The notes under the pieces are model-generated. The model searched no databases and was not told the DNA's origin. It saw only the letters and a program-made list of their open reading frames with translations. A program made the translations under genes and the position numbers. From assembly GCA_964356415.1 (NCBI GenBank), contig CAYHHK010000001.1, positions 38,057 to 102,056 of the forward strand: a stretch of 64,000 nt of DNA, read 5' to 3'. Origin of the DNA: an uncultured Flavobacteriales bacterium. Lineage in GTDB: Bacteria > Bacteroidota > Bacteroidia > AKYH767-A > 2013-40CM-41-45. Of the stretch, positions 47,773-56,400 are shown piece by piece (within the stretch, counting starts at the first letter, position 1; each line of letters opens with the position of its first letter).

Positions 47773-48557
47773 TTTGAAAGTGCTTTATTATTTTCCCAGA
47801 CGGGTTTTCTTTTCTCTAAAAATGAATTGATGCCTTCATTCGCGTCATGGGTTTCCATCAGTTGCCTTACATACATGCTTTCAAGTTGCTGAAGAAAATT
47901 GGTTAAGACATGATTGAATTTAGCCCGTGATGCTCTTACTGCAAAGCGGAGTGAGGTGGCGCTTTTTGGAATAATTTGATCTGCAATCCATTTTTCAATA
48001 CCTGTATCCATTGTGGCCTTGTCATCAAACAGTTCATTCACCAATCCTATTTGTCTGGCTTCTTCTGCATGAAAGGTCCTTCCGGTAAGAAGTATTTCTT
48101 CTGCCCTTGCCAAGCCGATTTTTTCAGGAAGGATAACTGAAGCAGGAGGGGGGAAGACCCCAAGTACAATTTCGGGCTGCCCGAATCTGGCTGTTTTGTC
48201 GGCAAAAATAAAATTGCACATAATCGCAAGTTCCATTCCGCCACCAAGACATTGTCCTGAAACTTTTGCCAGAGTTGGGATGGACAGATCTCTTAGCGTA
48301 TAAAACAATGCATGAAAATTCTGAAGCATGGTTGAAGCAAATTCTTTTTTATGTTCTTCTACACTTGCCCCAAAGGAAAAATGCTTCCCTGCGCCTTCAA
48401 GAATAATCAGCTTAACCTGGGAATTAGCACGAAATGTATTTAATACAGACTGCAATTCTTCAATCATCACGTGGTCAAGTACATTTCCTTTGCCGTCATC
48501 AAGAATCACATTGATAACAGTATCATTATGGCTGTAAATAATTTTAACTTTTTCCAT
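47769..48557 (-). CDS. enoyl-CoA hydratase/isomerase (crotonase) family; dienoyl-CoA hydratase (Dch)-like candidate
   Basis: 262 aa with crotonase oxyanion-hole segments (LEGAGKHFSFGAS; CLGGGMELA). Function inferred from size and context with had/oah-like genes. Confidence 0.8.
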   Translation of the reverse strand: MEKVKIIYSHNDTVINVILDDGKGNVLDHVMIEELQSVLNTFRANSQVKLIILEGAGKHFSFGASVEEHKKEFASTMLQNFHALFYTLRDLSIPTLAKVSGQCLGGGMELAIMCNFIFADKTARFGQPEIVLGVFPPPASVILPEKIGLARAEEILLTGRTFHAEEARQIGLVNELFDDKATMDTGIEKWIADQIIPKSATSLRFAVRASRAKFNHVLTNFLQQLESMYVRQLMETHDANEGINSFLEKRKPVWENNKALSK

Positions 48558-48559
48558 TG

Positions 48560-49660
48560 TCAGGTATTAACTTTTTGGTATTGTGGCGAGATCGTTCTGT
48601 GCATTTCATCATTCCATTCATTTCCCTGCGCCAGGAGTTGACGCAGTTTGATGAAATCTACTTCACGGTCCTCTTTTGGTCCGTCATTAAAGGCTTTGAA
48701 TCCAGCCTTCGCTTCTGTCATCATATTTAGTGCAAGCCACTCGCGGCTGCCTTCCTTGTTTTTATCCCAGTGTTCGAGTTTGAATTTGCGAACTTCACTG
48801 ATGGTTTTTGTCATGCAGTTGGGGAATGTGTAAAGTAGTTTGGTGATCAGGTTATTTACCGCCTTGTCCAGCATCGATAAATCTGTTTCGGCAGTTGCTA
48901 AAATCTCTTTTGCTTTTTTCAATTCATCGCCTGATTTGGAAGTTCCGAAAATGACACGTCCGAATTCATTAGTGATTTTATCTGTTACCACCATTGGATT
49001 TGGAGTAAACTGACCATTCACTTTTAGCACAGGAACTATTTCTGTAATAACCCCAAAATAATATGCCTGATGTGCGGTCCACGGTTCACAAAGCGTGAGA
49101 GACATCATTGCCCGCTCAACGCCTACAAAAAGCGGAAGGAAATCAGTGGCGCCTCCAATGGGTGCACTCCCGTGTTTTGGACCTGCCTGGCCGAATCTTG
49201 CCATGTCACTGGCTATGCTGAAGTCGCAGGCCATTCCTATTTCCTGGCCACCGCCAATACGCATTCCGTTAACACGATTGATTACAGGTTTTTCGCATTT
49301 CAATATTGCACTTACCATGTCATTGAACAACCGCATATATTGTGAGTACTCCTGCGGGTTTCCGGCATAATACTCGGCATACTCTTTTGTGTTTCCGCCT
49401 GTACAAAATGCTTTGTCACCAACTGCAGTAAAAACAACTGCAACTACACTCCTGTCGTTTGATGCTTCTCCAAATGCCAGAATGATTTCTTTTACTGCCG
49501 AAGTCGTGTATGAATTATATTGTTTTGGATTATTAAGATAAATCCAGGCATTGTATAACCCATCTATGGGATTGCCATTTTTGTCAAGGCAGTTCTTTTT
49601 CTCAAAAATGATTTCTTTATATACTGCTGTGACGATGTTGTGATTTTTTAGGTTGCTCAT
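48560..49660 (-). CDS. crotonase-superfamily protein with a C-terminal extension; 6-oxocyclohex-1-ene-1-carbonyl-CoA hydrolase (Oah/BamA)-like candidate
   Basis: ~366 aa from the ATG at 49660 (MSNLKNH...). Crotonase core (AFCTGGNTKEY; GMRIGGGQEIGMACDF) plus a ~100 aa C-terminal extension. The longer track ORF would overlap the upstream T9SS gene. Confidence 0.7.
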   Translation of the reverse strand: MSNLKNHNIVTAVYKEIIFEKKNCLDKNGNPIDGLYNAWIYLNNPKQYNSYTTSAVKEIILAFGEASNDRSVVAVVFTAVGDKAFCTGGNTKEYAEYYAGNPQEYSQYMRLFNDMVSAILKCEKPVINRVNGMRIGGGQEIGMACDFSIASDMARFGQAGPKHGSAPIGGATDFLPLFVGVERAMMSLTLCEPWTAHQAYYFGVITEIVPVLKVNGQFTPNPMVVTDKITNEFGRVIFGTSKSGDELKKAKEILATAETDLSMLDKAVNNLITKLLYTFPNCMTKTISEVRKFKLEHWDKNKEGSREWLALNMMTEAKAGFKAFNDGPKEDREVDFIKLRQLLAQGNEWNDEMHRTISPQYQKVNT

Positions 49661-49664
49661 TGTT

Positions 49665-50852
49665 CTAGTTTGTAATTTGTAATTTAAATAAATATTGTTT
49701 TTGGCCTCTCGTTGCTGAAAGTAAATACAACCCCGGTGATAATTCAGAAACATCAATTTGCTTGGAATTCTTTGCTGTCACAACAGGGATTCCTCCAAAT
49801 GAATAAATTTTAATATCTGAGATGCAGTTGTCGGGAGAGTTGATAAATACACAGTTTGTGGATGGGTTCGGATAAATACTTAATTGTTCATTCTGATTTT
49901 CATTTATTGCATCAAGTATGCACCAGGTGATTCCGGAAGATATTGTTCCAAAATTGAAGTCAATGAATGGTGTGGATATTGGCGGGGTTGAGTCGCAAAA
50001 ATCAAAATCTCCCTTCATCCAGCCCCAATTGACCGAGCTGTCGGACACTTGAAAGCTTCCTGTTGCTGTTCCTTTAACGGTATCTGCATTATACCAGCTG
50101 TCGTTCACAATTATTCTTCCGTTGTTATCAAGCGTTGCATTGTGTTGAACTGAATCAGCATTCAGCAGGCTTTTATATAGGATGAAATACCCTGAAGAAA
50201 GGTTCTTAAATATTTCAGTATTCCAGGAACTGTGCAAACAAGTAATGCTATCTGAATTGGTAAAGGTTCCAAGATTTGTAAGATCGGTAAATGTGAGGGT
50301 ATTATTATTTGTGTATTCCCCGGTATTTGTAAATTGATTGTATGTGCAAATCCCATTATTTGTAAAAGTTCCGCCGGTAGTGATACTGTCAATATCCAGG
50401 AAACTGCCGTCGTTGATTATAGCGCCTGTGCTGTATAGACTGTCAATGTTTTGAATGGTTCCTGTATTGGTGAAGTTCACATAGCTCATCAGCGAACGGG
50501 CTGTAAGTGTCCCACTATTCGAAAATGAGCCTGCCTGTACAAACAAGTAGCGTATATCAAGTGTACCATGATTTGTCAGTGTTCCTCCATTTACCAGTAT
50601 GTCCCGTGAAGAATTGTTTTCTATTAGTGATCCTCCTGCATTAATGGTGATTCCTCCGGAAGGGAGATACCAGCCGGTGTCAAGTGCGACAGCGTGGTTG
50701 ATGGTAACTGTAAAGCCGGGCAATGGTATGCAGGTACAACTCCATGTCAACGGGTTCATCCAATTTCCATTTTGAACAGAAGTTGCATTCTGCGAAACAC
50801 CGGAAAAACAAATGGAGAATAAAGCCAGAAGGGTGCTAAGAAATTTGCGCAT
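49665..50852 (-). CDS. secreted beta-helix-like repeat protein with a T9SS C-terminal sorting domain, embedded in the catabolic operon
   Basis: Signal peptide MRKFLSTLLALFSICFSGVSQ, many FTNxGT-type repeats, and C-terminal SIYPNPSTNCVFIN...GLYLLS...LFKLQI. Confidence 0.75.
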   Translation of the reverse strand: MRKFLSTLLALFSICFSGVSQNATSVQNGNWMNPLTWSCTCIPLPGFTVTINHAVALDTGWYLPSGGITINAGGSLIENNSSRDILVNGGTLTNHGTLDIRYLFVQAGSFSNSGTLTARSLMSYVNFTNTGTIQNIDSLYSTGAIINDGSFLDIDSITTGGTFTNNGICTYNQFTNTGEYTNNNTLTFTDLTNLGTFTNSDSITCLHSSWNTEIFKNLSSGYFILYKSLLNADSVQHNATLDNNGRIIVNDSWYNADTVKGTATGSFQVSDSSVNWGWMKGDFDFCDSTPPISTPFIDFNFGTISSGITWCILDAINENQNEQLSIYPNPSTNCVFINSPDNCISDIKIYSFGGIPVVTAKNSKQIDVSELSPGLYLLSATRGQKQYLFKLQITN

Positions 50853-50858
50853 GAAGGT

Positions 50859-51968
50859 TTATTTGAAATCGGGAATAAGAACTGATCGTTTTGAATATTT
50901 ATGCTCAAGAGTATTTCTAAATACTTCATTTATTTTCGACATAGGAAAAGTTTGCACAAACTGTGATATGTTCAGTTTGCCATTGGATATCAGGTCTAAA
51001 ACCTCGGGATATAGTTCTGCCCTGCATCCCCATGTGCCGATGAGTTTGGCGTCATATGCCATCAGGTTGCTTAGCCGGACTTCTGTTTTATCCATTGTGA
51101 AGCCAACAATTGAAAGCGTTGAAGCGTACGTGATAAGGTTAAAAGCCAGATCCTGACCTGCTTTTGTTCCGCTGAATTCAAATATTTTCCATCTGAATTT
51201 TGGCGCATTGATTTCCTTAGCAAGCGCTTTTACTTTTTCTTTGATTGTTTTCTGATCAAGGCTTTTGATATTCAAAACCGCATCTATGCCATTTTCTTTT
51301 GCAGTGGTCAGCTTCGCATCATTGATATCCAGCGCAATTACTTTAGCTCCGAATATTTTTGCGATCAGTGCTCCATAAACTCCTACGCCTCCAACACCGA
51401 TAACAATGGCAAGATCACCCGGTTCCAGTTCTGATTTTTTAATGACCTGATAAGGTGTTGAAATTGCATCAGCAATAACCGCGAGATGTTCGAGTGGATA
51501 TTTATTCAAAACACTTTTTGGAACTTCACATAGAAATTTAGAGGGTACTATTATATGTGAGGAAAATCCTCCCTGGAAATCGTTTCCGGGCATTAATTGA
51601 TTTCTGCAAATATTGCTTCTCCCATTTTTACAGAACTCGCAATCACCACAAGGCAACACGGCAGGAATGATTACTGCTTTATCAAGCCATTTATTATCAC
51701 CGGTAATTACTGTCCCGCTGATCTCATGACCTAACGTCAGAGGAAGTGCATGCTTCGTCTGTACTCCTGCATGCCAAAAGCTGATGTCTGTATGACACAC
51801 ACCGCATCCTGCAATTTTCACAATGACCTCTCCGTCTTTTAATACCGGTAGTGGGTTTTCAATAAGTTGAAATTCCTTGTTGAGTTCAACCATTTGCCAT
51901 TGATGCATTTTTTCGGTTGAAGTAACTTTTGCAGAAGCAAGCTTGATTTTATCAAATGTTTCAGGCAT
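50859..51968 (-). CDS. zinc-dependent medium-chain alcohol dehydrogenase family; 6-hydroxycyclohex-1-ene-1-carbonyl-CoA dehydrogenase (Had/BamQ)-like candidate
   Basis: 369 aa with a catalytic Zn motif (GCGVCHTD), a structural Zn Cys4 (CGDCEFCKNGRSNIC) and a GxGxxG Rossmann motif (IGVGGVGVYG). Confidence 0.8.
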   Translation of the reverse strand: MPETFDKIKLASAKVTSTEKMHQWQMVELNKEFQLIENPLPVLKDGEVIVKIAGCGVCHTDISFWHAGVQTKHALPLTLGHEISGTVITGDNKWLDKAVIIPAVLPCGDCEFCKNGRSNICRNQLMPGNDFQGGFSSHIIVPSKFLCEVPKSVLNKYPLEHLAVIADAISTPYQVIKKSELEPGDLAIVIGVGGVGVYGALIAKIFGAKVIALDINDAKLTTAKENGIDAVLNIKSLDQKTIKEKVKALAKEINAPKFRWKIFEFSGTKAGQDLAFNLITYASTLSIVGFTMDKTEVRLSNLMAYDAKLIGTWGCRAELYPEVLDLISNGKLNISQFVQTFPMSKINEVFRNTLEHKYSKRSVLIPDFK

Positions 51969-51970
51969 AA

Positions 51971-53233
51971 CTATAGGTTTTTGTTTTCAAAAAGGATAGC
52001 TGTTCCCTGTCCGCCGCCAATGCATGCAGATGCGATCCCATATTTTACTTTTCTGCGTATCATTTCTTTAGAGATGGTGAGAGACAACCGCAATCCTGTG
52101 GCGGCAAGCGGATGCCCTATTGCAATGGCTCCTCCGTTTACATTCAGTTTGGTTCTGTCAATTCCCAGTTCCTTTTCGCAACCGATTACCTGCGCCGAGA
52201 ATGCTTCGTTAATTTCAAGCAGACCAATATCGGAGATATTCAATCCAGTCATTTCAAGCAAAAGTCTGATTGCCGGAACCGGGCCCAATCCCATGTATTT
52301 CGGATCGATGCCACAACTTGCGCCTCCGATTATTTTTGATATTGGTTTTAAATTCTTTTGTGAAACAGTTTGCAAATTTGCAATAACTGCAGCGGCTGCG
52401 CCATCAACAATTCCACTGCAATTTCCTGCCGTAAGAACTCCCACTTTGTCAAACACTGTAGGCAGTTTACCCAGCGCATCCAGCGTTGTGGCACGGATAT
52501 GTTCATCAATTGAAAAGGAGCTTGTTCCTTTTGGGAGAAAAGCTTTTCTTGATTTAAGGCCTTCAATATTAAACGTGGCGGACTGCAACGATGCGATTTC
52601 CTCAGAGAAGATTTTATTTGTTGTGGCATCAATTGCTCTTTGAAAAGAGGTCATTGCATATTCATCGCAGTCATTTCTTGAGATATCATATTTCTTTGCA
52701 ACATTTTCGGCTGTATATCCCATCGGATATCCGGCGGCAGTATCGTCCAGAGCTTCCCAAAGCATATCCTTAAATACAGGCCTGCCTAAGGGATATCCCA
52801 TTCTGTTTCCAAAACTCACAGTAGGGGAGAGTGACATATTTTCTGTGCCAACACAGAGAACTGTGTCTGCTTTTCCCAGAGTGATTTGTTCTGCACCTGT
52901 AATAATTGTTTCAAAGCCTGATCCGCAAATCCTTTGCACCATTAATGCCGGAACTTCAGCCGGGATTCCGCTAAAGAGAGATATGTGGCGTGGAAGAAAA
53001 TAGGAGTCTGTTGAACTTTGTCCGATATTGGCTGCAATCACCTGATCAATTTCATTAGGTTTCACTCCTGATTTTTGCAGCGTGGATATTGCGGCAAAAA
53101 TCCCTAAATCGGTAGGAGAGATTTGGGAAAGCGAACCACAGTATTTTCCAAAAGGTGTCCTTGTTCCGTCGACGAGATAAATGTCGTCGAATATTATTCC
53201 TATTCCTTTATTTATATGATGGTAGGCTTTCAC
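51971..53233 (-). CDS. acetyl-CoA C-acyltransferase (degradative thiolase)
   Basis: RTPFGKY, catalytic Cys (VQRICGSGFE), NVNGGAIAIGHPLAATG and C-terminal CIGGGQG. Apparent GTG start at 53233 overlaps the upstream stop (GTGA). Confidence 0.85.
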   Translation of the reverse strand: MKAYHHINKGIGIIFDDIYLVDGTRTPFGKYCGSLSQISPTDLGIFAAISTLQKSGVKPNEIDQVIAANIGQSSTDSYFLPRHISLFSGIPAEVPALMVQRICGSGFETIITGAEQITLGKADTVLCVGTENMSLSPTVSFGNRMGYPLGRPVFKDMLWEALDDTAAGYPMGYTAENVAKKYDISRNDCDEYAMTSFQRAIDATTNKIFSEEIASLQSATFNIEGLKSRKAFLPKGTSSFSIDEHIRATTLDALGKLPTVFDKVGVLTAGNCSGIVDGAAAAVIANLQTVSQKNLKPISKIIGGASCGIDPKYMGLGPVPAIRLLLEMTGLNISDIGLLEINEAFSAQVIGCEKELGIDRTKLNVNGGAIAIGHPLAATGLRLSLTISKEMIRRKVKYGIASACIGGGQGTAILFENKNL

Positions 53234-55131
53234 TGAATTTCAGTTTTATTTGAAACGGAAGTTTCCGTTTTTAGAAAATGCTGTTTGGCAATGAGCGCTG
53301 CTCCCAATGATGCCATGAATTGTGGATTTTCAACCGATTCAACTTCTTGCTTAAGTTTTAATCCAAGAATATCTCTCAGGTATGGATGGTAGGCGATCAC
53401 TCCTCCAATGAGATAAATGGGGATTCCGGACATGATGCGCAGTTTGGCAACCCGGTTAACAATGGAGAGATAGACGCCTTTTGAAATATCTTCAACACTC
53501 ATGCCTTCTATGAGCCATTTCATGATTTCTGTCTTGGCGAATACGGTACAAAAACTGTTCAGCTCAGTTTTATTGTTGCTGCGGGCAGCAAGAAGGCTCA
53601 TTTCACTGATGTTGAGGTCGGCCCGTTCTGCAATTTCAGTAATGAATGACCCTGTTCCTGCAGCACATTTGTCATTGAGAAAGAAATTCTCTACCTCACT
53701 GTTGATGCCGCAATGGATCACCTTGATGTCTTCTCCTCCTATGTCTATAATGTTCTTTGCACCGGGATAAGAAAAGGAGACCCCTTCTGCCGCACAATTA
53801 ATTTCTGTTTTTACAATATCTGCGTCAGGAAAATTTTTGCGTCCATAACCGGTGGCGCAGCTGGCCTTAATATTAAACTCACTACGGATTGCACTCATTA
53901 CATGCCGCACTCCAATCTTATCGCGGTTGAGTGTTTTAAGTGCTAATTTGAATGCCACTTTCGAATTGCTGTCGAGGACGATAAATTTTGTGTAAGATGA
54001 GCCGAGGTCAACACCCAAAAAATATTCTCCTGAACCTGATTTCTCTCCTTTAATGACTAATCCATTCCTAGCTTTTTGGCCACCGGCACCGCTAAATGAC
54101 TTGCCGATCAATGATGGATCAAGTGATTTCATAAATGCACTGTTGCTGCGAGAGGTCATTGCCTTTACCATATTTGTAACAGCAAGATTGATGGGAGTGC
54201 GGATATAGTGCTTGCGGCCGTACTCAACTATTTTTCCATTCATGAAATCAATTTCAGTTTGCCTGTTGTTTATCAGGTCAACTGCAAGTGAAGGGAAATG
54301 GTCCCCTGCTTTTTTAAGGTAACGCAAACATTTGCGAATGAATTCATCTTCAAATATTATTTTTTCCGCTTTTGCTACTTCCAGTGCCTCTTCAATTACC
54401 AGTTCGATAAGTTCTACGGTATCGGGTATCTCCATTGCTTCCTTTATGGTGAGCTTACCGATTCCGCACAGTGCTGACAAGGAGGAATTCAGGATTGTTT
54501 TTTCCCAGATCTGTTTCAGTAATTCAAAGGATGAGATGAATTTGGTATTCAGATTGACTTTGTTCAGCAAGTCACTTATTTGCTGAGCAGCGCCGGCTTT
54601 TGAATCATCGAGGGAAGCGATGTAATTGGGCGGATTAAAAAATGTGACTTTTACAATATTCGGGGCATTCAGGTTGCCGGCAAAGTTGATCACAAGGCGT
54701 AATGTTTTACTTTCACCAATTCCTGAGGCAAGAATCTGCTCGACATCAATGCCGTTTTGTGCACTTACAAAAATGGTTTTATCAAAATTAAGATTCATCA
54801 CCTGTTCGACGAATGCTGATGTTTGATATCCTTTTATACTCGCTATAATGATGTCAGGGTTGAAATTTCGTAATTCGGTGAGGCTGCTGTAGATGTTATC
54901 AACGAAAATATGTTTCTGTATTGCTCCGTCCAGTTTTATTCCTTCTTTCCTGATTAAATTAATTTTAATTTTATCAAAATCGCATACCGCCACATTACAT
55001 CCGGCTTCTTTCAGATGAGCAGAAAGAATGAGCCCGACAGGTCCCAGGCCTACCACAGCTACTTTTTGTTCTGCCTTTTCATTTCCTGAAGGATCTGGAG
55101 TTTGTGATCTGATATTATTTTCTTCACTCAT
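53230..55131 (-). CDS. fusion protein: N-terminal 2-dehydropantoate-2-reductase (ApbA/PanE)-like NAD(P)H oxidoreductase domain :: C-terminal BadF/BadG/BcrA/BcrD (HgdC-type) ATPase/activase domain
   Basis: 633 aa. The N-terminus carries VAVVGLGPVGLILSAHL plus KPR-like motifs (~aa 20-330). The C-terminus has YFLGVDLGSSYTKFIVLD and CAAGTGSFITEIAE, the acetate/sugar-kinase-fold activase signatures. Confidence 0.75.
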   Translation of the reverse strand: MSEENNIRSQTPDPSGNEKAEQKVAVVGLGPVGLILSAHLKEAGCNVAVCDFDKIKINLIRKEGIKLDGAIQKHIFVDNIYSSLTELRNFNPDIIIASIKGYQTSAFVEQVMNLNFDKTIFVSAQNGIDVEQILASGIGESKTLRLVINFAGNLNAPNIVKVTFFNPPNYIASLDDSKAGAAQQISDLLNKVNLNTKFISSFELLKQIWEKTILNSSLSALCGIGKLTIKEAMEIPDTVELIELVIEEALEVAKAEKIIFEDEFIRKCLRYLKKAGDHFPSLAVDLINNRQTEIDFMNGKIVEYGRKHYIRTPINLAVTNMVKAMTSRSNSAFMKSLDPSLIGKSFSGAGGQKARNGLVIKGEKSGSGEYFLGVDLGSSYTKFIVLDSNSKVAFKLALKTLNRDKIGVRHVMSAIRSEFNIKASCATGYGRKNFPDADIVKTEINCAAEGVSFSYPGAKNIIDIGGEDIKVIHCGINSEVENFFLNDKCAAGTGSFITEIAERADLNISEMSLLAARSNNKTELNSFCTVFAKTEIMKWLIEGMSVEDISKGVYLSIVNRVAKLRIMSGIPIYLIGGVIAYHPYLRDILGLKLKQEVESVENPQFMASLGAALIAKQHFLKTETSVSNKTEIQ

Positions 55132-55148
55132 TTTATTTTCTTCAAAGG

Positions 55149-56399
55149 CTATTTAACATTGATCTGTGCTCGCTGCGCTTGTGGATTTCGATGCGAAGCG
55201 TGTTGAATTTGTTCAATAAAGGCTTCAATCTTTGTAATGCTTTGTCCTTCCGAGAAAAATCTCAGGTCACACAAGTCACCTTCAATTACAAGATACGGAA
55301 TCCCTGTTTCGTCTTTTAACCTTTTTGGCAAGCCGAACTTCGCATTTGAATTGTTGAAGCAGGTTTTTGAATCATGAAATATGATGCCATCACAAGAGAA
55401 TTCCTTCAGCCATTTTGCCAACATTTTCATTTTAGCTTTTTCACTCCTGTTGATGAAAATATTTGTATAGGCAAGCGCCGATGATTTAAATGGATCTTTT
55501 TCATCAAACTCATCAAATATCCAGCTGTTGCAATACGTAGATGCAACTACACCGGTGTTGTTCTGAATGAATAAATCAGAAAGCATTCTGTTCTTTCCCC
55601 AGATGGGCATACCATCCCAGAAGATGCGTGATTGTTCTTTTTCAACAACTCCGGTTTTCTTCAAAATATTTTCCTGTAGCTCTTTTAAAAGTGTCTGGTA
55701 ATATTGTTTTGCTGTTTCTGTACCCCGCAACACCACAATGGGCCCCATATGTATGGTTGCATCAAAAAAACTGAGTGGTGCAGGTGATGCTTTAGACGTC
55801 CTTAAAACCTGTTGCCAAAGGAGGGTGGCCTCTTTGCTGAGCAATAAGGTTTCCCTGAAGGAATCAATGTCAAATTGTTTCCCACTGGCTTTTTCACATG
55901 CAGGAATAATATTTTTATGCTGCTGAACACCTGTGGTAATTATTTCCTCTGAAACATCATCCACGTATCTTGGCGGGGTTATACCTGTAATAGGGCAGTT
56001 AAATTCTTTGGCATAAAAGTTAAACCAATCCTGAACTTCCCTGCATTGATTGGTATTGTAAACTATCAGGTCGGGTTTAGGAACGCCTTTCATTCCATAG
56101 TGAGATTGTAAAGGCGTTTTGCCGCTGAGGTAAGAACCGATGTCACTCGTCGTGTATGAGCATATGTGGTTTGAGAAGCCAAGTTTACCCGCTTCAGGAA
56201 TGAAATCGGTAGCGGTACGTGTGGCACCAAGGAGTGCACCGTGATTTTCAGGAAAATATACATTGAACCCAAAAGATCTTAGCAGTTCGGCTGGCCCAAC
56301 GCTTGTACACCATGCGATTTTTCGTTCACCGGTTTCCAATGATCGAAAATATTCGCTCATCACTGCTTTTAATAACTGTGTTGATTTGATTTCGTACAT
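55149..56399 (-). CDS. 2-hydroxyacyl-CoA dehydratase / benzoyl-CoA reductase B/C family subunit (HgdB/BcrC-like), stand-alone
   Basis: HGD-D family features (conserved Cys and C-terminal ...CDLRFF...). The track start at 56471 is TTG. ATGs lie at 56441 and 56399; the latter abuts the ligase stop (TGAtATG) without overlap. Confidence 0.7.
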   Translation of the reverse strand: MYEIKSTQLLKAVMSEYFRSLETGERKIAWCTSVGPAELLRSFGFNVYFPENHGALLGATRTATDFIPEAGKLGFSNHICSYTTSDIGSYLSGKTPLQSHYGMKGVPKPDLIVYNTNQCREVQDWFNFYAKEFNCPITGITPPRYVDDVSEEIITTGVQQHKNIIPACEKASGKQFDIDSFRETLLLSKEATLLWQQVLRTSKASPAPLSFFDATIHMGPIVVLRGTETAKQYYQTLLKELQENILKKTGVVEKEQSRIFWDGMPIWGKNRMLSDLFIQNNTGVVASTYCNSWIFDEFDEKDPFKSSALAYTNIFINRSEKAKMKMLAKWLKEFSCDGIIFHDSKTCFNNSNAKFGLPKRLKDETGIPYLVIEGDLCDLRFFSEGQSITKIEAFIEQIQHASHRNPQAQRAQINVK

Positions 56400-56400
56400 A

